Below, piece by piece: positions 24,376 to 38,100 of a stretch of DNA of 64,000 nt. Positions within the stretch are counted from its first letter, which is position 1, and each line of letters opens with the position of its first letter. Made by a program: the position numbers and the translations under genes. The notes beneath the pieces are model-generated. The model did not search any database, was not told where the DNA came from, and worked only from the letters and a program-made list of their open reading frames with translations. Origin of the DNA: Tricharina praecox (lineage: Eukaryota); the NCBI RefSeq assembly GCF_024521635.1, contig NW_026250403.1, forward strand, positions 310,001 through 374,000, read 5' to 3'.

Positions 24376-24960
24376 TATTGTGTTGTTCGGTGGTGATAGG
24401 CGATGGTGGGGGAGGTGTGTCAGGGTTTGGTTTAGGGCTGCACTCAGCGAACTGCCCCGCCAAAGCCTAGGCGAGATGACATATGCGGCTGAGACGTGTG
24501 TCCGACAGGGGTGCTTTGCAGGACTCGGGATTCGCACCAAACGTCTCCACTCAGAGATCAACACCTCAGGAATAGCACGATCGTTCAGAGCCCAGAGAGA
24601 TATGTAGGTACTTCGGCGTGAGATCTCTTACAAAATCTAAAATCAAATTTCTAGCATTTACATAGTGATTGGACTCAAAGTGAGTGAAATCGCAAAACTC
24701 AACTCATGCAAGCCGCCCCCGATGATAGTTGAGGACGAAAAAAATGCTCACCCCCACCACCGGCCTTATTCAACGGCAACACAGATAAAAAATTAAAAGG
24801 GCTCGATAGAGTGATAGAACAAATCTTCAAGTGTTTTGCAGTTGACCCAGAAAAAAATTAGAAGTTTTGGTTAATTAGTTTGTGAGCCTTGAAGTTTGGC
24901 AATTTTGTGTGGGGAGGTCTAGAACATGGCAGTACGAGTGACCAACAATGAAAACTCTAA

Positions 24961-25392
24961 TGGCCCGTTTGGATGCACTCACTTTTCAGTTGCAGCTTTA
25001 GAGCCAAATTCAGTTCCCCGTCGAGACACCGAATACTGTTCAGTTTCAGTTTCCGGAAAACCTTGAGGTGAACAGAGTGCTTGGCAGTTCTCAGTATACT
25101 CAGCCATAAGTCTAAATAATAGGCTTCACCAGAACTTTAATAGTAGACACATTGTAGCCCCGCTTTTTTCTCTTCCTCGTAAAGGGGGTCCATGGTTGAA
25201 GTTAAAATGCGGTACTGAGTGGTGGTGAAGAAAAGATCTCCAGAGGCCAGTTCCCGTTCATCGCCGTAGCCGCACAAGTTCAGTTTTTTTCTCCCAGTTT
25301 TTGTGCCATCCAAACAGGGTTACAGTTTTGTTTGCTCAGTTTCTCGAAAGACTGACAGTTTTCGCTAAAACTGAGGCCATCCAAACGGGCCC
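24961..25392. mobile_element. PIF/Harbinger (Tourist-like) MITE, 432 bp, TAA target-site duplication
   Basis: TAA(24958-60)-tGGCCCGTTTGGATG ... CATCCAAACGGGCCc-TAA(25393-95); no coding capacity; AT-rich interior with repeated CAGTTT. Confidence 0.8.
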
Positions 25393-25941
25393 TAACATTT
25401 TTTGGCGTAGACACAAATTGATCACTCGCGATTTATCAGTCGAAAAGGAATATCGCACTCGTCACTGCAACTGGGCATTCCCAACCATTGAAGGTGCTCG
25501 AGATTAGATTGTGAACACTTGTGTGCGCACTGAAGTCTGTGAAGAGCGAGTGATATGTGGTGCTGGCATCAGTCTGTGCTGTTGGAGTAGGACGCCTCTT
25601 GGCAAAAAGTGTTGCTTATCTTATCTCGAATCACGCCGCAACCCCGCTGCTATGGCAACGTCGCGCATCTCACAGCTCGCTTGTTTACAGCCCGTGCTCG
25701 TGTCCCCTTCCCCTTCTCGCTTTTTCCTCTCCTCCTTACCTCACCATCCACACTTCCACATCCAACACCCAATACCCAAGACACCAACCACCATTCGCAA
25801 TCACAACACTACCAACCGCACCACCACCACCACCACCACCACCACCTTCACCTCCGCCTCCTTATCAATTCGCCCTACATCTTCTCGAACGATATCTACC
25901 TCCTTTAAACCTAAATTTCTGTCCTTCGTCACCTCGACACA

Positions 25942-28531
25942 ATGCCAGACCCACTACCTCGACGATACCCAACGCGTTCGCGGTCTCAAGCTGGAACAGC
26001 TTCCTCTTCTCTCTCCGATACAGCTACCCGTACCACGCGAAATGTCGTTGGTGAGAAGCGAAAGGCCCTGACTGAGTCGACCCTCACCCTTGAGAACTCG
26101 CGTTCGAAGCCCGACAAGGCACCCATACCGGCGACCAGAACTACTAACACCACTACCACCACCACCTCCACCACCTCCACCACCACCACAAGAGCTGGAG
26201 CGAAGGGTGCACTAACGAAGAAGCCCGCCATGAGATCGAAATCGGCTGGATTATCCGCTGCTCCTACTAGACGTTCGGCCCGTACCGGTAATAACAAGAA
26301 GCGCAAATTATCCCATAATAGTTCGCAAATCGATGCTAAAACCATTTGTGCCATGACGTTAGCGCATACCAAGAAGGTCACCTTTGCCACAAGTCCTAAG
26401 GTTGCTCTGGAGGACAAGGAGAATAACATACCCCCGAAGCAGCCGACCGAGTCCGAGACGGAATCCCAGCATATCGACGAGGAGACTGACGTGCTTATAT
26501 CCACTTCGATGGGTGCACTCTCGGTCAAGCCTATCAGAGTCACCAAAACGAAACTCCAACCACCGTCTACTGGAACTTTCGCCGAGAATATTCCCGAGCT
26601 CCCCGCTCTTTCTCCCATGAAGGTTCGTAGACCGAAGAGAGTGTTCACCGCTGTTGACAAGGACATGGAGGACGAGCTCCTGTGTCCAACATCTCCTCGA
26701 CTTGCCGAGAAGCCCAAGCGGCCTATGCAACCGCTTGGAAAGAAGAATGCTATCGATGGAGCCGAGCTGTTGATGTCAAAGCCCAAGCCAGCATCGGCTC
26801 TATTTGGGTCACCAGCAAGGAGACTACCCCTGTCGCCAGCCAAGCAAAAACTCTCCAGCTCCACGGCACATGCTCAAGCCTCTCCTTCAAAGCCTAGTCT
26901 ACTATCGTCACCCGCTCGAAGACCTGTGAGAAAGGGTGCGAAGCTGGGAGGCGGAGGATCATCCTTGAAGTTCTCATTGGATCTATCCAGTGACCCCTTC
27001 GCTATACCAAAGGTGGCTGACGATGCCGACAACGTGTTTGGTTCTAAGTCTATCATCGAGCGCAAGTTGCCGGTTAAGAAGGAACAGGAGCTTCCGAAGA
27101 ATGGCCTCAATGGTAATAAGGCTTTCATCGATCTCTTGAATTCTATCAAGAAGGAGAAAGCAGCTAAGAAGGAGGTTTCCACTGAGAAGAATGAAGCAGA
27201 GCCCCTTGTGGGAGATGTTGTGGAAGCTTCGGACATGGTATCGGGTGGTTCCCTTGATGTCGTGTTTTCTGGTTCTACCACTCCTGCCACACCTCCATCG
27301 ATGGTCAACCGGTCGAAGATCTCTCCTACTCCTACTCAAATTTCGAAGAGAGATTCCTCGGAGGAGGGGAGCGCTGATATCGGAATGGCTGATAAAAACA
27401 CCGACTTGGCTGCGGATATTGATGAGCCCAAGTCGAAGCATTACCGTAGTCCCAGTGAGGGAGGTAGTAGCTTCGGTTTGTTTGATGCCAACGCCGAGGA
27501 TGAGGATGATATGGACTGTGATTCGGAGAATGTTCCGCCCCCACAAGTGGCGACAGGTCCGAGCGATGTTGCTCGCGACAGTGGCCGTGAGTTCGGGCAC
27601 GAGCTCAACCTTTCCGTGATGAACCCTAGCAAGACGCTTCATTACGGATCGTGGAACGAGGTTCCCGTCGACCCGATGCTCTTGAGCGAGGATATCAGCG
27701 ATGTCGTTATTGGCTACGCCGATGTGCGCCAACCTCCTATGACCGTTCCGGTCAAGTTCCACGACGACGACGACGATGTTTTCGGCAACGACAACAAGTC
27801 CACCCCAATAGACCATATGCACGATGAACGGTCCGGTGGCGTGCTTGCTGGTGCCGTGGTGTTTGTCGACGCGTACACCAACGACGGAGCCAACTGTGGA
27901 GAGACATTCGAGAAAATGCTCAAGGGAATGGGCGCCAAGGTGCTCAAACAGTGGTCCTGGAATCCCGACTCTGCCACCCCTGGAAAGGTCGGAATCACCC
28001 ACGTCGTGTTCAAGGATGGATCCCCCAGGACCCTGCAGAAAGTCAAGGCAGCTAGAGGATTGGTGTCCTGCGTGGCACTGAGATGGATCATCGAGTGTGC
28101 TCAGCACGACGAGTGGTTAGACGAGGGATTATACGCCATCGATTTGGACGACGTCCCGCGTGGAGGTCACAAGGTTAGTGGCACTTCACTCCCTAAAAAC
28201 TAACTTGAGCCACATACTGACAATTAATCAGCGCCGCAAGTCCATGGAGCCCCAGCGAATGGACGAGCTCCTCTCCAAACTCTCATCTGGCCCCAAGGAC
28301 CGCAGCAAGAAGACACCTCCCAAAACCGCCGTGAAAGCTCCCAAGACCCCGGCCCGCCAGCAGAGCAATAGCCAGCTGCTCCCCAAGACCGTCCCGCCCA
28401 AGTTCGATCTGGGCCCTACTGCGGTTGCCAATCCCTACCTCCTCGAGCGGATCAAGATGGCCAAGCGGAAGAGCCTGCAGTTCGCCCCTAAAATCGGCAG
28501 TCCTCTCGTCAGGAGCTGGCCCGCTGAGTAG
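25942..28531 (+). CDS. BRCT-domain protein with long disordered, basic, SP/TP-rich N-terminus; intron 28174-28231
   Basis: LAGAVVFVD..MGAKVLKQW..ITHVVFKDG..CVALRWIIEC..LDEGLY is a BRCT fold pattern; splice restores PRGGHKRRKSMEP. Confidence 0.85.
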
Positions 28532-28862
28532 GCGGAATCGGGGATTTATGGGCAATAGACATCAGCACTACGCCCCACATCTCACTAAGGGAGATGTGGT
28601 AACAGACAACGAATCGGTGTATGGTTTGATACTTCCTCCGCGTTTTGGCATTGTTTTTTTCGATATTCGATTCGCTGTATATCTTTTGTCCTTTTTTTTG
28701 CTCTAGTTGTATAAGAAACCGGAGTGTTTTTTTTCTTCTGTCTGTTTTGCCTGGTATCTTCAGTGTTGGTTTTTTAGAATCCTGTGTGACATGAAATGTT
28801 GTTTCTTCCCGGTCTTATTTTTGGTCTTGTTTCGATGAATGGTTTATGTATGTACTTAGCGG

Positions 28863-28893
28863 GTTTGTTTGTTTGTTTGTTTGTTTGTTTGTT
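28863..28893. repeat. (GTTT)n microsatellite
   Basis: ~7-8 GTTT units read directly. Confidence 0.9.
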
Positions 28894-29776
28894 TTATTGG
28901 GCTGGATGGATTGCTTAGGGCTTGGGCACGATTATTTTTTTGCTGTATGCGATCATTATCACAGTGGTGATGGAATGAGCATGCTAAGGAAAGAGTGGAT
29001 GTGATGAAGGGTGATGGACGATGTGATTGTTGCTATTGCTGAGTGATGGCGTGTGATTACTTGGTACTTGCTGCGGGTGCGGGTGCGGATGCTGGGTGCT
29101 GCTGGGAGCGTGCACGGAATAAGATTAATCGCATGATTACCTACATAACTGTTACAGCTGTCGGTGGTACGACCATTCGTTGTCTGCAATAGTTACTCGT
29201 GACAGCCCTTGGGAGGAGTAGAGCATAAGTCAACAGCCATAGCCTGTATGTAGACCTCTGACCGCTAAGCACGAACTACTGGTAGGTATATGCCTTCCAT
29301 GTTCTACTTACTATACACCTTCTAAGGGCTTGGGATCATAGATCATAAAACAAGCCCATCTTGTTGACAACTCAACTGGACATTCCATCTCCATTTCAAT
29401 TGTAGGTACCCATATAGCTTCAGTTCTTGCCATGCCATGCAAGACCTCCGACAAACAAAAGTGATTGGTGATGGAGATGGTCTACGGTACTAGTACTGTG
29501 TGATTGGGCCTTCAGTAAGCCGAAGCTATGTGTCGTCGAGAGCTGAGAGCTGAGGTCGCCGTGCATTTGGTGTTAGGTGTCGAGTGTCGAGTGTCGACTG
29601 TTGTGTTGGTTGTAGTCGTAGTTGTGGATGTGGCGGTAGTAGTGGAAGAATGAATGGAGGCTGTCGTCGTCGTGGGGATATAACTATTACCTAACTAACC
29701 TAGGATAGAATGTTACAATGTACGGTATACCGTATTATACCGAGCCTCAATGTTACAAGGACAGGTTGGCTCACTA

Positions 29777-30376
29777 TCGAGGTTTTGCAACGTCCGCCGT
29801 CCTTAGGTCGTCATGGCAACGGAGGGTTGCAGGCATTGTGCAGGGGTGGATACAGGGATTAAAGTCAAGGACATCGTCGAGGCTATGGACGAGGCTGACG
29901 ACGCTGTCCTTGCGAAGAACAGGGAAAATTGACCATAACCCCTGTCCGCCGTATGCTGCCAAGATGTAAACAAACTACCTGATTGAGAATTCAACGACAA
30001 CTCATGTCAGAGACTCCTGTGGTGCGCGCGCGGAGGTACAGAGAGAGAACTCCCACAATCCTCGCTACAATCATGTCGCATCAAATGAAATTCCTCACGG
30101 TCGCTACAGGAGGTTTTTTTTATTGTGAACGGTTGAGTTGCGTGTCGCGGCGTCGCGGTGTCACGGCATCACGGTTGTGGATTTGGCTGTGGACTTGGCT
30201 GGTTATGGGTCGCCTCGCCCCGCGGCCCGACCAACTTTTTTTGGTTTTTGATGGGTTATGCAATGCCAAGAACGATACGTTACGGCGGGTGCTGCAAAAC
30301 CTCGTCTAAACCTTTGTGCTTAATTACGGACAAAAATAAGGCGGACGTAAGTACGACGGACGTTGCAAAACCTCGA
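29777..30376. mobile_element. Non-autonomous TIR DNA transposon (600 bp), TA target duplication, Tc1/mariner-like
   Basis: TA-TCGAGGTTTTGCAACGTCCGcCGTcCTTAgGTC ... GACgTAAGtACGaCGGACGTTGCAAAACCTCGA-TA: 33-bp TIR, first 20 bp perfect, 3 mismatches. Confidence 0.82.
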
Positions 30377-30789
30377 TACTGCTCCAAGGACAGTTCACTT
30401 GCACACACGGTCGATGAAATGGCGGTACATACATGCTAGCTAGCTTGGAGTACCAAGTATATTATATTTTCGTATCATTTCGTTCCAAGCTTTTACCTAC
30501 CTATTTGATCATACTCATTTAACCTCATCATGTCCGCCATACCGTATTATCTCACATGAGAGGTATGGGTATAAAAACTCCTGTTATAGGCACTAGTGCA
30601 TGTAAACATGATGGCTAGGGCGTCTATGATTAGCGCACCGAGCAATTATGCAACGTCAGGTGTTCAACCTTCAGGGGCTGGCAGGTATCTTCATACAGCT
30701 GAACACACGACTCTGTAGCTGGAAGTATCGTCAACTACACAGTACTATCCTCCTCACATCTCGGAAGAACAATGCAGCTATTAACCATT

Positions 30790-31380
30790 ATGAACGACCA
30801 AGTATCGGACTCAGCGCCGCCAGTAGAAACCCTCACATCATTGTTCTCACAGCTAACAATCTACCAATCCGGCCAGGCCACCTTGCACGCGTTCGCCACT
30901 TAAGTTCAAACATCCATCAGGGCCCCGGAAGCAGCCCATCGCAGTCGCCCCACGACGGCCCCCCCTCCAGCCGCCACTCGTTCCAGAGTCAAACGAAGTC
31001 GAACAGTCGATTCACTTTGGACCCAATACATAGCCGCAGCACCAGCAGCAGCACCGGCCGCTCCTCCACCCGCACCAGCCGCACCTCCAGTTGCAGTGGC
31101 CGCTCCTGCAGCTGCACCGGCCGCACGCCGACGCTGAGCCGCACCACCGGCCGCATCACTGGTCGTACCACCAGCCGCATCACCGGCTGCACCACAAACC
31201 TCAATTCCAGCTGCCCTTCCAGCAGTAGGAGCCCGGAGAAGTGCCAGGCTGTTAGGGAAACCTCAGTGTAGCCATGTAACTTCTTCCCCGCAAATTACCG
31301 ACACTGAAGGTGACAGTGAGGATGAGGATGAGGATGATGGCGCTGAGTACGATTTTTGTTGGCGAGCACACAAGTTTTAG
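30790..31380 (+). pseudogene. Possible decayed ORF (Ala/Pro-rich with acidic tail)
   Basis: Frame from ATG 30790 reads MNDQVSDSAPPVETLTSLFSQL..AAAPAAAPAAPPPAP.. with scattered TAA/TGA/TAG stops; acidic DTEGDSEDEDEDD in a shifted frame. Confidence 0.3.
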
Positions 31381-31402
31381 TTAGATTTTCACATATTGTA
31401 AT

Positions 31403-31482
31403 AGATTCTGTGGACAGCACGAAGATTCTGTGGACAGCACGAAGATTCTGTGGACAGCACGAAGATTCTGTGGACAGCCCGA
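31403..31482. repeat. 20-bp minisatellite (AGATTCTGTGGACAGCACGA) x4
   Basis: Three identical copies plus one with a single mismatch. Confidence 0.95.
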
Positions 31483-32177
31483 GAATTCTCTCCTATCAAA
31501 TAGGCGTGTTTTGATATTGCGCTAGTCCCTAAGCACTTTAGTCTGCGCTAATGCGCGCTTTGAACCTATAGTGGTGACATTTATACCCGAGCCTCTCACG
31601 AGAGATAATACGGTACCATTGAACCCATCGACTCATCGACTCATTGAACTACCCACCCATCCACCCAATTCCCACCGACTTCCGAAGTGTTACATCTCTC
31701 CTCCTACGATTAAAATGACATTTCCACCCTCTCCCCCCGTCCATTCCCTCTCCCTCATCCCCCATCAAAAAGGCATAATAAACAAACTGGTATCCCTTAT
31801 CCAATCCAATCCATCCCATCCCCCCCAAACCCTAGTAGAAAAAAAGTAGACCCGTTAAAAAAACAGACAAAACCCCCGCCCGCCCCATAAACAAGACATA
31901 AACAAAATCAAGAACGAAAAACCAAGAAAGCAAGAAAGCAAGCAAATGCACGCCCCCTTAGAAAAAAAAAAGAAAAAAAAAGGCTTAGCAGAAGATTCCA
32001 CGCGCTCATGATGCTACAAAACAAAAACGTGCCAGCACAAAGTGAGTATGATACAGAGTATCAGCAGCCGTAAACCTTCATCGCGTCGTGAAAAAAACTA
32101 GAAAAGAAAAAAGAAAAAACAAATCACCACCGGAGATTGCCATTTTCGCTCTCATTCATCCATCCAAAAAACACTAT

Positions 32178-35100
32178 CTATTGAGACAACATTCCCATGC
32201 TTCCCTCATACGCCTCGTCCTCCTCTTCCAACGGCTCAATGCCGATGCCCGAGTCGCCATTGATCCTCCTTCTCTTGGACTTGACCTTGACGGTGTGAGT
32301 GTTGGTGATGGTGGTCAAGACGCGGTTGGTGCTGGCGGGGCTCAGCGGCGCTTTACCGTACTCCTCAGACATGGAGGAAGAGGCGCTGGCTTCGGCGTGG
32401 CTGCGCTTCTTGCTCGCGCGGTGCTTCTGTTCACGCACGTATTGTCCCTTGCGGTCACCAAAGCCGCTGTAAAAGCGTTCAACCTCCACCTGCATGTCGG
32501 CGAACGTCTCCAGGCCCTTCTCGCGTTCCGTCTCGAGCTCCTCCTCCAGCTCGTGCTTCTCCATCTCGAGGTGCGCGATCCTCTGCTCGAGCTTGTAAGT
32601 ACTGATCTTGTAGTTTGAGATATCGACTCGGAGCGACTCGATCTGTTGCTTCTTTTCGTCGACGAGGTTGCGAAGAGCGACGTTGTCAGCCTCCCATTCC
32701 GCCTTCAACTGCACAAGGTTGGACTCGGTCTGGTTGAGGGCTTCCTGGATCTGGTTCTTCTGAGAGACGATATTGGCTTTCTCCCGGATGACCTGTTCGG
32801 CGAAGAGCTGGTGTTCCGAGTCTTGGAGCGTGAGGGTCTCTTCCAACTCGGCCTCCTTGTCTTCGGCGTCCCGCAGCCACCCCTGAAATTCAACCACAGT
32901 GGCTTCGAGCTCCGTGATACGCTGCGCACGATCGTTGATGATGTGCTCGAGGCGGACCTTCTCTTTTCCGGCTTCGAAGCGCACGGTCTGGAGTTGCTGC
33001 TCGAGTCCGAGGATCTTGGATTCCAGCGCCTCTTTGTCACTGGCATTCTGACGCTTGAGTTCCGCGATTTCGATGGTAAGGCCCTCGATTTCGGCAGCAC
33101 GCTCCTCGCTGATCTTCTGGAACTTGCGAGCCGATTCTCGCTCGTCGGAGAGCTGGTCTTCGAGGTCCTCTTGACGGGCCGCGGCCTCTGCCCGCGTGTC
33201 GTCGAGCTCGGTCTGAAGAGCGGCAATGTCCATTTCCGACTTGGCCGCGGTGTCATTGAGCTCTTGCTTGAGCTCGATGATTTCGTCGTCGGCATCCTTA
33301 ACTGATGCGTTCAGCTCTTCGAGCTCGCCTTGCAACTGCATGATGAAACCGTTAAGCTTCTCCATGTCTTCCCTGGATTGTCCCATGGCGTTCTCAAGTT
33401 CGGAGACTAGAGAAGCGTGCTCGATCATGGTAGCTTGAAGACGAGACTCGAGGTGGCTCTTGCCAAGGATAGCTTCGGCCAACTTGTTCTCCACGGCAGC
33501 GACAGCAACAAGCTTCTCGTGCTGAAGCTTCTTGATCTCCTGCACATGAGAGGCAGCCTGTTGATCGAGACGTTCACGAAGTTCCCGCTCGGTGGTGATA
33601 TGGATGTCGATCTGCTGCTCCAACTCATCAATCTCCATGCGGTCCGCCTCGGCAGCCTCAGTGAGGTCTTCGATTTGCTTGCGGGCTTCACTGAGTCGGT
33701 GGTTTGCGGCAGCATCGGAAGCTTTAACCGCGGCAAGTTCCTTATCAACCTCGGACTTCTGCGTCTCCACATCCTCGAGCTCGGCTTCCAGGTCCCGGAT
33801 CGTATCATCCTTCTTCTCGATGTCCTCCTCAAGTTTCTTGAGCGTCTCCTCTAGGCTATCAATCTTGGACTCGCATGAGAGGACATACTGCTCGACGAAC
33901 GAAGGGATATCGCTCTTCGCCACGTTGGGGTTAGCAATGTCGAGATGCATAGTGATTTCATCGAGGTAGCCATCAAGCTCAGCAACATTGCCCTCCTCGG
34001 TGTCGAGTTTGGACTGGAGGACCTTCGCATGCTCCCTTGCGGCAAACAGCTTTTCGTCCAGTTCCTCGATGAGGGTTCCCAAGAGGCCCAGGGCGTGGTC
34101 ATTGCTGCAGTCCCCAAGTTGGCGGTTGGCGAAGGGGGAGTCTTCAAGCTCCTGGCGCTTGATGAAGAGGTTTTCAACACGCTTTCGAACATCTTTGAAG
34201 CGCTCCTTCAACTTCTCGACAACCTCCTCCGGAGAGATCTTGCCATTGGCGTCCTGGGCCAGGATTCGAATCTTGGCCTCGAGTTCCCGACGAAGTCCCT
34301 CACTCTCGAGTGCTCGGTTCTTAGCAATAACCAGCTCAGTAAGGACTTCGTCCACAGCCATGTCGAGGGGTTGTTGACCATTGATGTAGGGTTGGATCTT
34401 CTGAGCGATGATAGACTGCTCTTCCTCCGCTGTTTTGGCTTGCCTGTTCAACTGATCGATCTGTCCCTGCAGCATCTTCAGTTCCTCAAGGTGTTCCTGG
34501 TTGGCGAAGTTTGAGGATTCGAGCGAAGTCTCAAGCGCGGCTATCTTTGCTTGGAGTTCTTCGATGTTCGTCCTGAGACCAGCATTATCTCTCTGGGACA
34601 CTTCAAGCAGATGCTCCAGGTCAGCGATCCAAGACTGATGCTCCGAGATGTCACGGCGCATGAGCTCCCTCTCCGCCTTGAGAGCCGCCACCTCCTCCTT
34701 TGACTCTTTGACATCTGCCTCCAGCCCTTCGATCTGCATCTCCAGATCCTCCTTATCGCTCTCCAAAAGCTTGATGGCCTTCTTCGATGCATCAACCTCC
34801 GCGTACAGTTGAGCAATTTGACGTTCCATGCCCTCCTGCTCCGCTGCCGCCGCACTGGCTGCCTGCTTGAAAGTCTCGATCTGAACCGTTGCTTCGAGAA
34901 GCTTCGCATTGACGGAATTCTTGTCGTCAACAGCGCTCTCGAGGTCGGCTTTGAGTTCCGCAATCCGAATTTCTAGCTGGCCGATATCTCTCTCGAGGCC
35001 TTCCTTCTCAGTCTGCGACAGTTCTGACGTCTTCTCAAGGGTGCTGATTCGATTCCGCAGACCTGCGATTGTTTTTTCGAATTCTTCCCTTGCATTAGCA

Positions 35101-38100
35101 GCGGCTGTCGCAGCTTTCTTGTGTACGGCGATGTCGTCTTCCAATCGAGAGATTGTCTCCAGCAACTGTTGCCGTTGATCCTCAGAAGAGAGAGAAGCAT
35201 CCTCGAGGTCCCGAATCAACGCCTCGAACTGGTTCTTGTCGGACTGAAGACGCTCGTTGGCCGATCTGAGTGCGTCATTAATTTCCTGGGCACCGCAAAT
35301 CTCCCTCTCGAGGACAGTATTCTCGACGGTACGCTGAGCGAGTTTTCCAGAAACATCTAGGTGCTTTTGAGTGAGGTTGATACACTTGCCATGCAGTTCT
35401 TCGACATTCGATTTCAGGTGCTTGACCTCGGTAGTCAGGCTTGTCCTGTCCTGTTCAAGACCCGCAACGAAACCGTCAACAGTCTGCAGTTCGTTCGTAA
35501 GGGCCGAATTGCGTTGGTCGAGGACTGAATTGCGTTGTTGGAGGTCCTCAATGGCCTGTTCCTTCTGGGAGAGCTCATCTTTCAACTTATCTTTGTCGTC
35601 AAGAAGGTCAAAGATTTTTTGTTGCTTGTTAGCGGCCTCCTCCTGAAGGCCTGCGTATTTTTCTTTTAGGTCCCGAATGTCTCTCTTCGAGTCCTTAAGG
35701 TTTGCCGCTAAACCATCCCTCTCTTCCGTGAGCTGATGGATTCTCTGTTGCTTCTCATTGGTCTCATCCACAGCCAACCGACAGGCCTGAGAAAGGTCTT
35801 CGATCTCAGCCTCTTTATCGTGGATCTTATCCTGAAGAGCTCCGAGGTCGTCCGCAAGCCTATCCATTTGAGTTTCCATATGGTTGATATCAGTCTCCAA
35901 GGCCACGTTCTTCGCTAGAAGAGGCTCGAGCCTATCGTTGTTGTACTCGATTTCTTGGCGAAGGTTTTCTGTCTCGTCCACCAAATCCTTGATCTCCCGG
36001 TCCTTTGCTTCTAGCTGTTCGTTGGCAGAGACGATTTCTTGCTCTAGATTTGCGACGTTCGAGATAAAGTCGGAAATACGGACTTCAAGATGCCTCAACT
36101 GGTCGGTCAGGCCGCCGATCGCCTTGTCCTTATCGGCCACCTCCTCTTGCCACTGAATATTCTCGAGACGAAGGTCCTCAACTTCCTTCTCCAGGGCCTG
36201 AATGTTTTCGAGCCGGTCGGCGGCTTCATTTTCCATTTCTTGCTGGACCTCCACGTGTTCGGCTAGCTCCTCCTCATAACGTGTGATGGTCTCCTGCAAA
36301 CCGACCAGTCTCGCCTCCGTCTTCTCCCTGTCTTCCGACCCCACCTCCACGGCATGCTCGAGACTCTTGACGTGGGCCTTGAGCTCGGCAATGCTAACCT
36401 CGAGCTGTCTCCTCTCTTCGGTAATGTGTGTGTGCATTCCCTGCAGTTCCTCGAGTTCTGTTTCAAGCTCGATAACCTTGCCTTCCAGTGCCTCCTTCTC
36501 GTGATCGATGAAATGGACAGTTTGTGCCCCCTCATCCATCACGTTCTCCAACCGCTCGCCTTCGAGTTCTTCAAGATCTCGGATTTTGGCCGCCAGTTTT
36601 TCGCCGATATTCCGGAGCGCATTGTTCTCCTGGTGGTATCGCTCGGCCTTCTGACGTAGCTCCTCGGAACTGGTAAAGCTAGTGTCGGCTTCTTCTTCCA
36701 GATCCTCGATTTTGCGGTTGAAAGTTTCCAAGGCCCTCTGCAGCTTCTCGTTTTCCGCTTGAAGATCGGCAATCCTCGGGTCAGGCTGGGATTCCTCCTC
36801 CTCATCTTCCTCCAAGATTTCACCACCGCTGCTGACCGAGTCACCATCGCCACCAGTCATGACGGACATTCCTCCATTGAAGACGGACTCTTCAACAACA
36901 GCCTTGAGCTCGATCCTCTCTTTCACTTCCACGGAAGTCATCCGGGTGCCAGGTTGATGAGATGGGGTTCGGAGTTCTTCGATCTGATGCGCAAGCGCCT
37001 TATTCTCTTCGATCAAGATTTGTTCCTCGGCATCGTGGAATTGCTCCGCCTCCTCCTGCCAGCGCTCGGCCTCCTCTGCGCGTCGCATGATATCTTCACG
37101 AAGGGATGCTATCTGGGCTTCAAGGATCCGGACCCTCTGATCGCGGTCGGCGCGCGGTGTGTGGAGACTACTGCTCTGCTGTCTCGAATCGGGAGCTGGG
37201 GAATAATCGAATGGTGAAGACGATCTCGCACCTTGTTGGTCGTCCTCGCCACAGTCCATTTCTCCCATGTTGACATCTACATCTTGGTCGCGGATGTGAG
37301 AATTCGGGGCCTCCCGAGCACCGTGTTCCAGCTCTTCGGAAGCCGCATCCTTGGCCGCTAGCAACTCCCGTTCCAGTTCTCCGAGACGCTGCTGCGAACT
37401 GGCGAGCGCCTGCCTAAGTCGCGCAAGCTCCTCGCGATGCTTCCGGCGAGCAGCGCTCTCCTCGGCGTGGATATTGTTCATCTCCTCACTGAGGGCATTG
37501 CGACGCAGAGCCCGCTGAGTGCGACGTGAAAGAGTCTGAACGAGGGGCATGTACTGAACCACTTTGGCCTGTCCAGACGGCATCTCCGACATTGGCTCGC
37601 GACTGGGAACCACAGCCATGGTCGCCCGTCGTTTAGCCTTAGTGCGTTTTCGGGCGGCAGCAGATGGTGTATTCGAAGCTGACGCGATACCCATCCCACT
37701 CTTGCGCCGAGCACCAGATAACGGCACTAGTACTGGTCCCGGATCCGAAAGGCGAGCAGGCTTCTTTCTCTTCCAGCCTGGTGTTCTCTGTACGATAACG
37801 CTGATCGGTATGCTTGGTGACCGACGAGCCAGTGCCGCGTGCCCGCCCTCGTCCTCGTCTTGCGTCTCGATATCCTGGACCATGGGCGGCACCACGCTGA
37901 ACCGAGCACTCCGTCTACGGGATGATGCGGGAGCTGGAGTACGGGGCGTCGGGACAGCAGGCTCGTCCTCGTTCCCATCTTTAGCGGGTGGGTTCTTTAG
38001 CGACTTTACGACGCTGGTGAATGTCTTGAGATCGTGGTTCGAGGTCGGAACATGCAGGGCCAACTTGTGACTGGCAATGACCCGCCGTAACCGTGGAGAT

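Noticed and set aside
25986-28107. 292-aa and 374-aa minus-strand ORFs
   Set aside because: Antisense to the BRCT gene
30648-31271. 207-aa Ser/Thr/Arg-rich ORF
   Set aside because: Looks like an off-frame reading of low-complexity GCN/CCN sequence; no recognisable domain
31403-31482. Possible CRISPR-like array
   Set aside because: Head-to-tail 20-mers without spacers
32646-38070. Many plus-strand and off-frame ORFs over the coiled-coil gene
   Set aside because: Explained by codon bias of the real gene; no independent motifs
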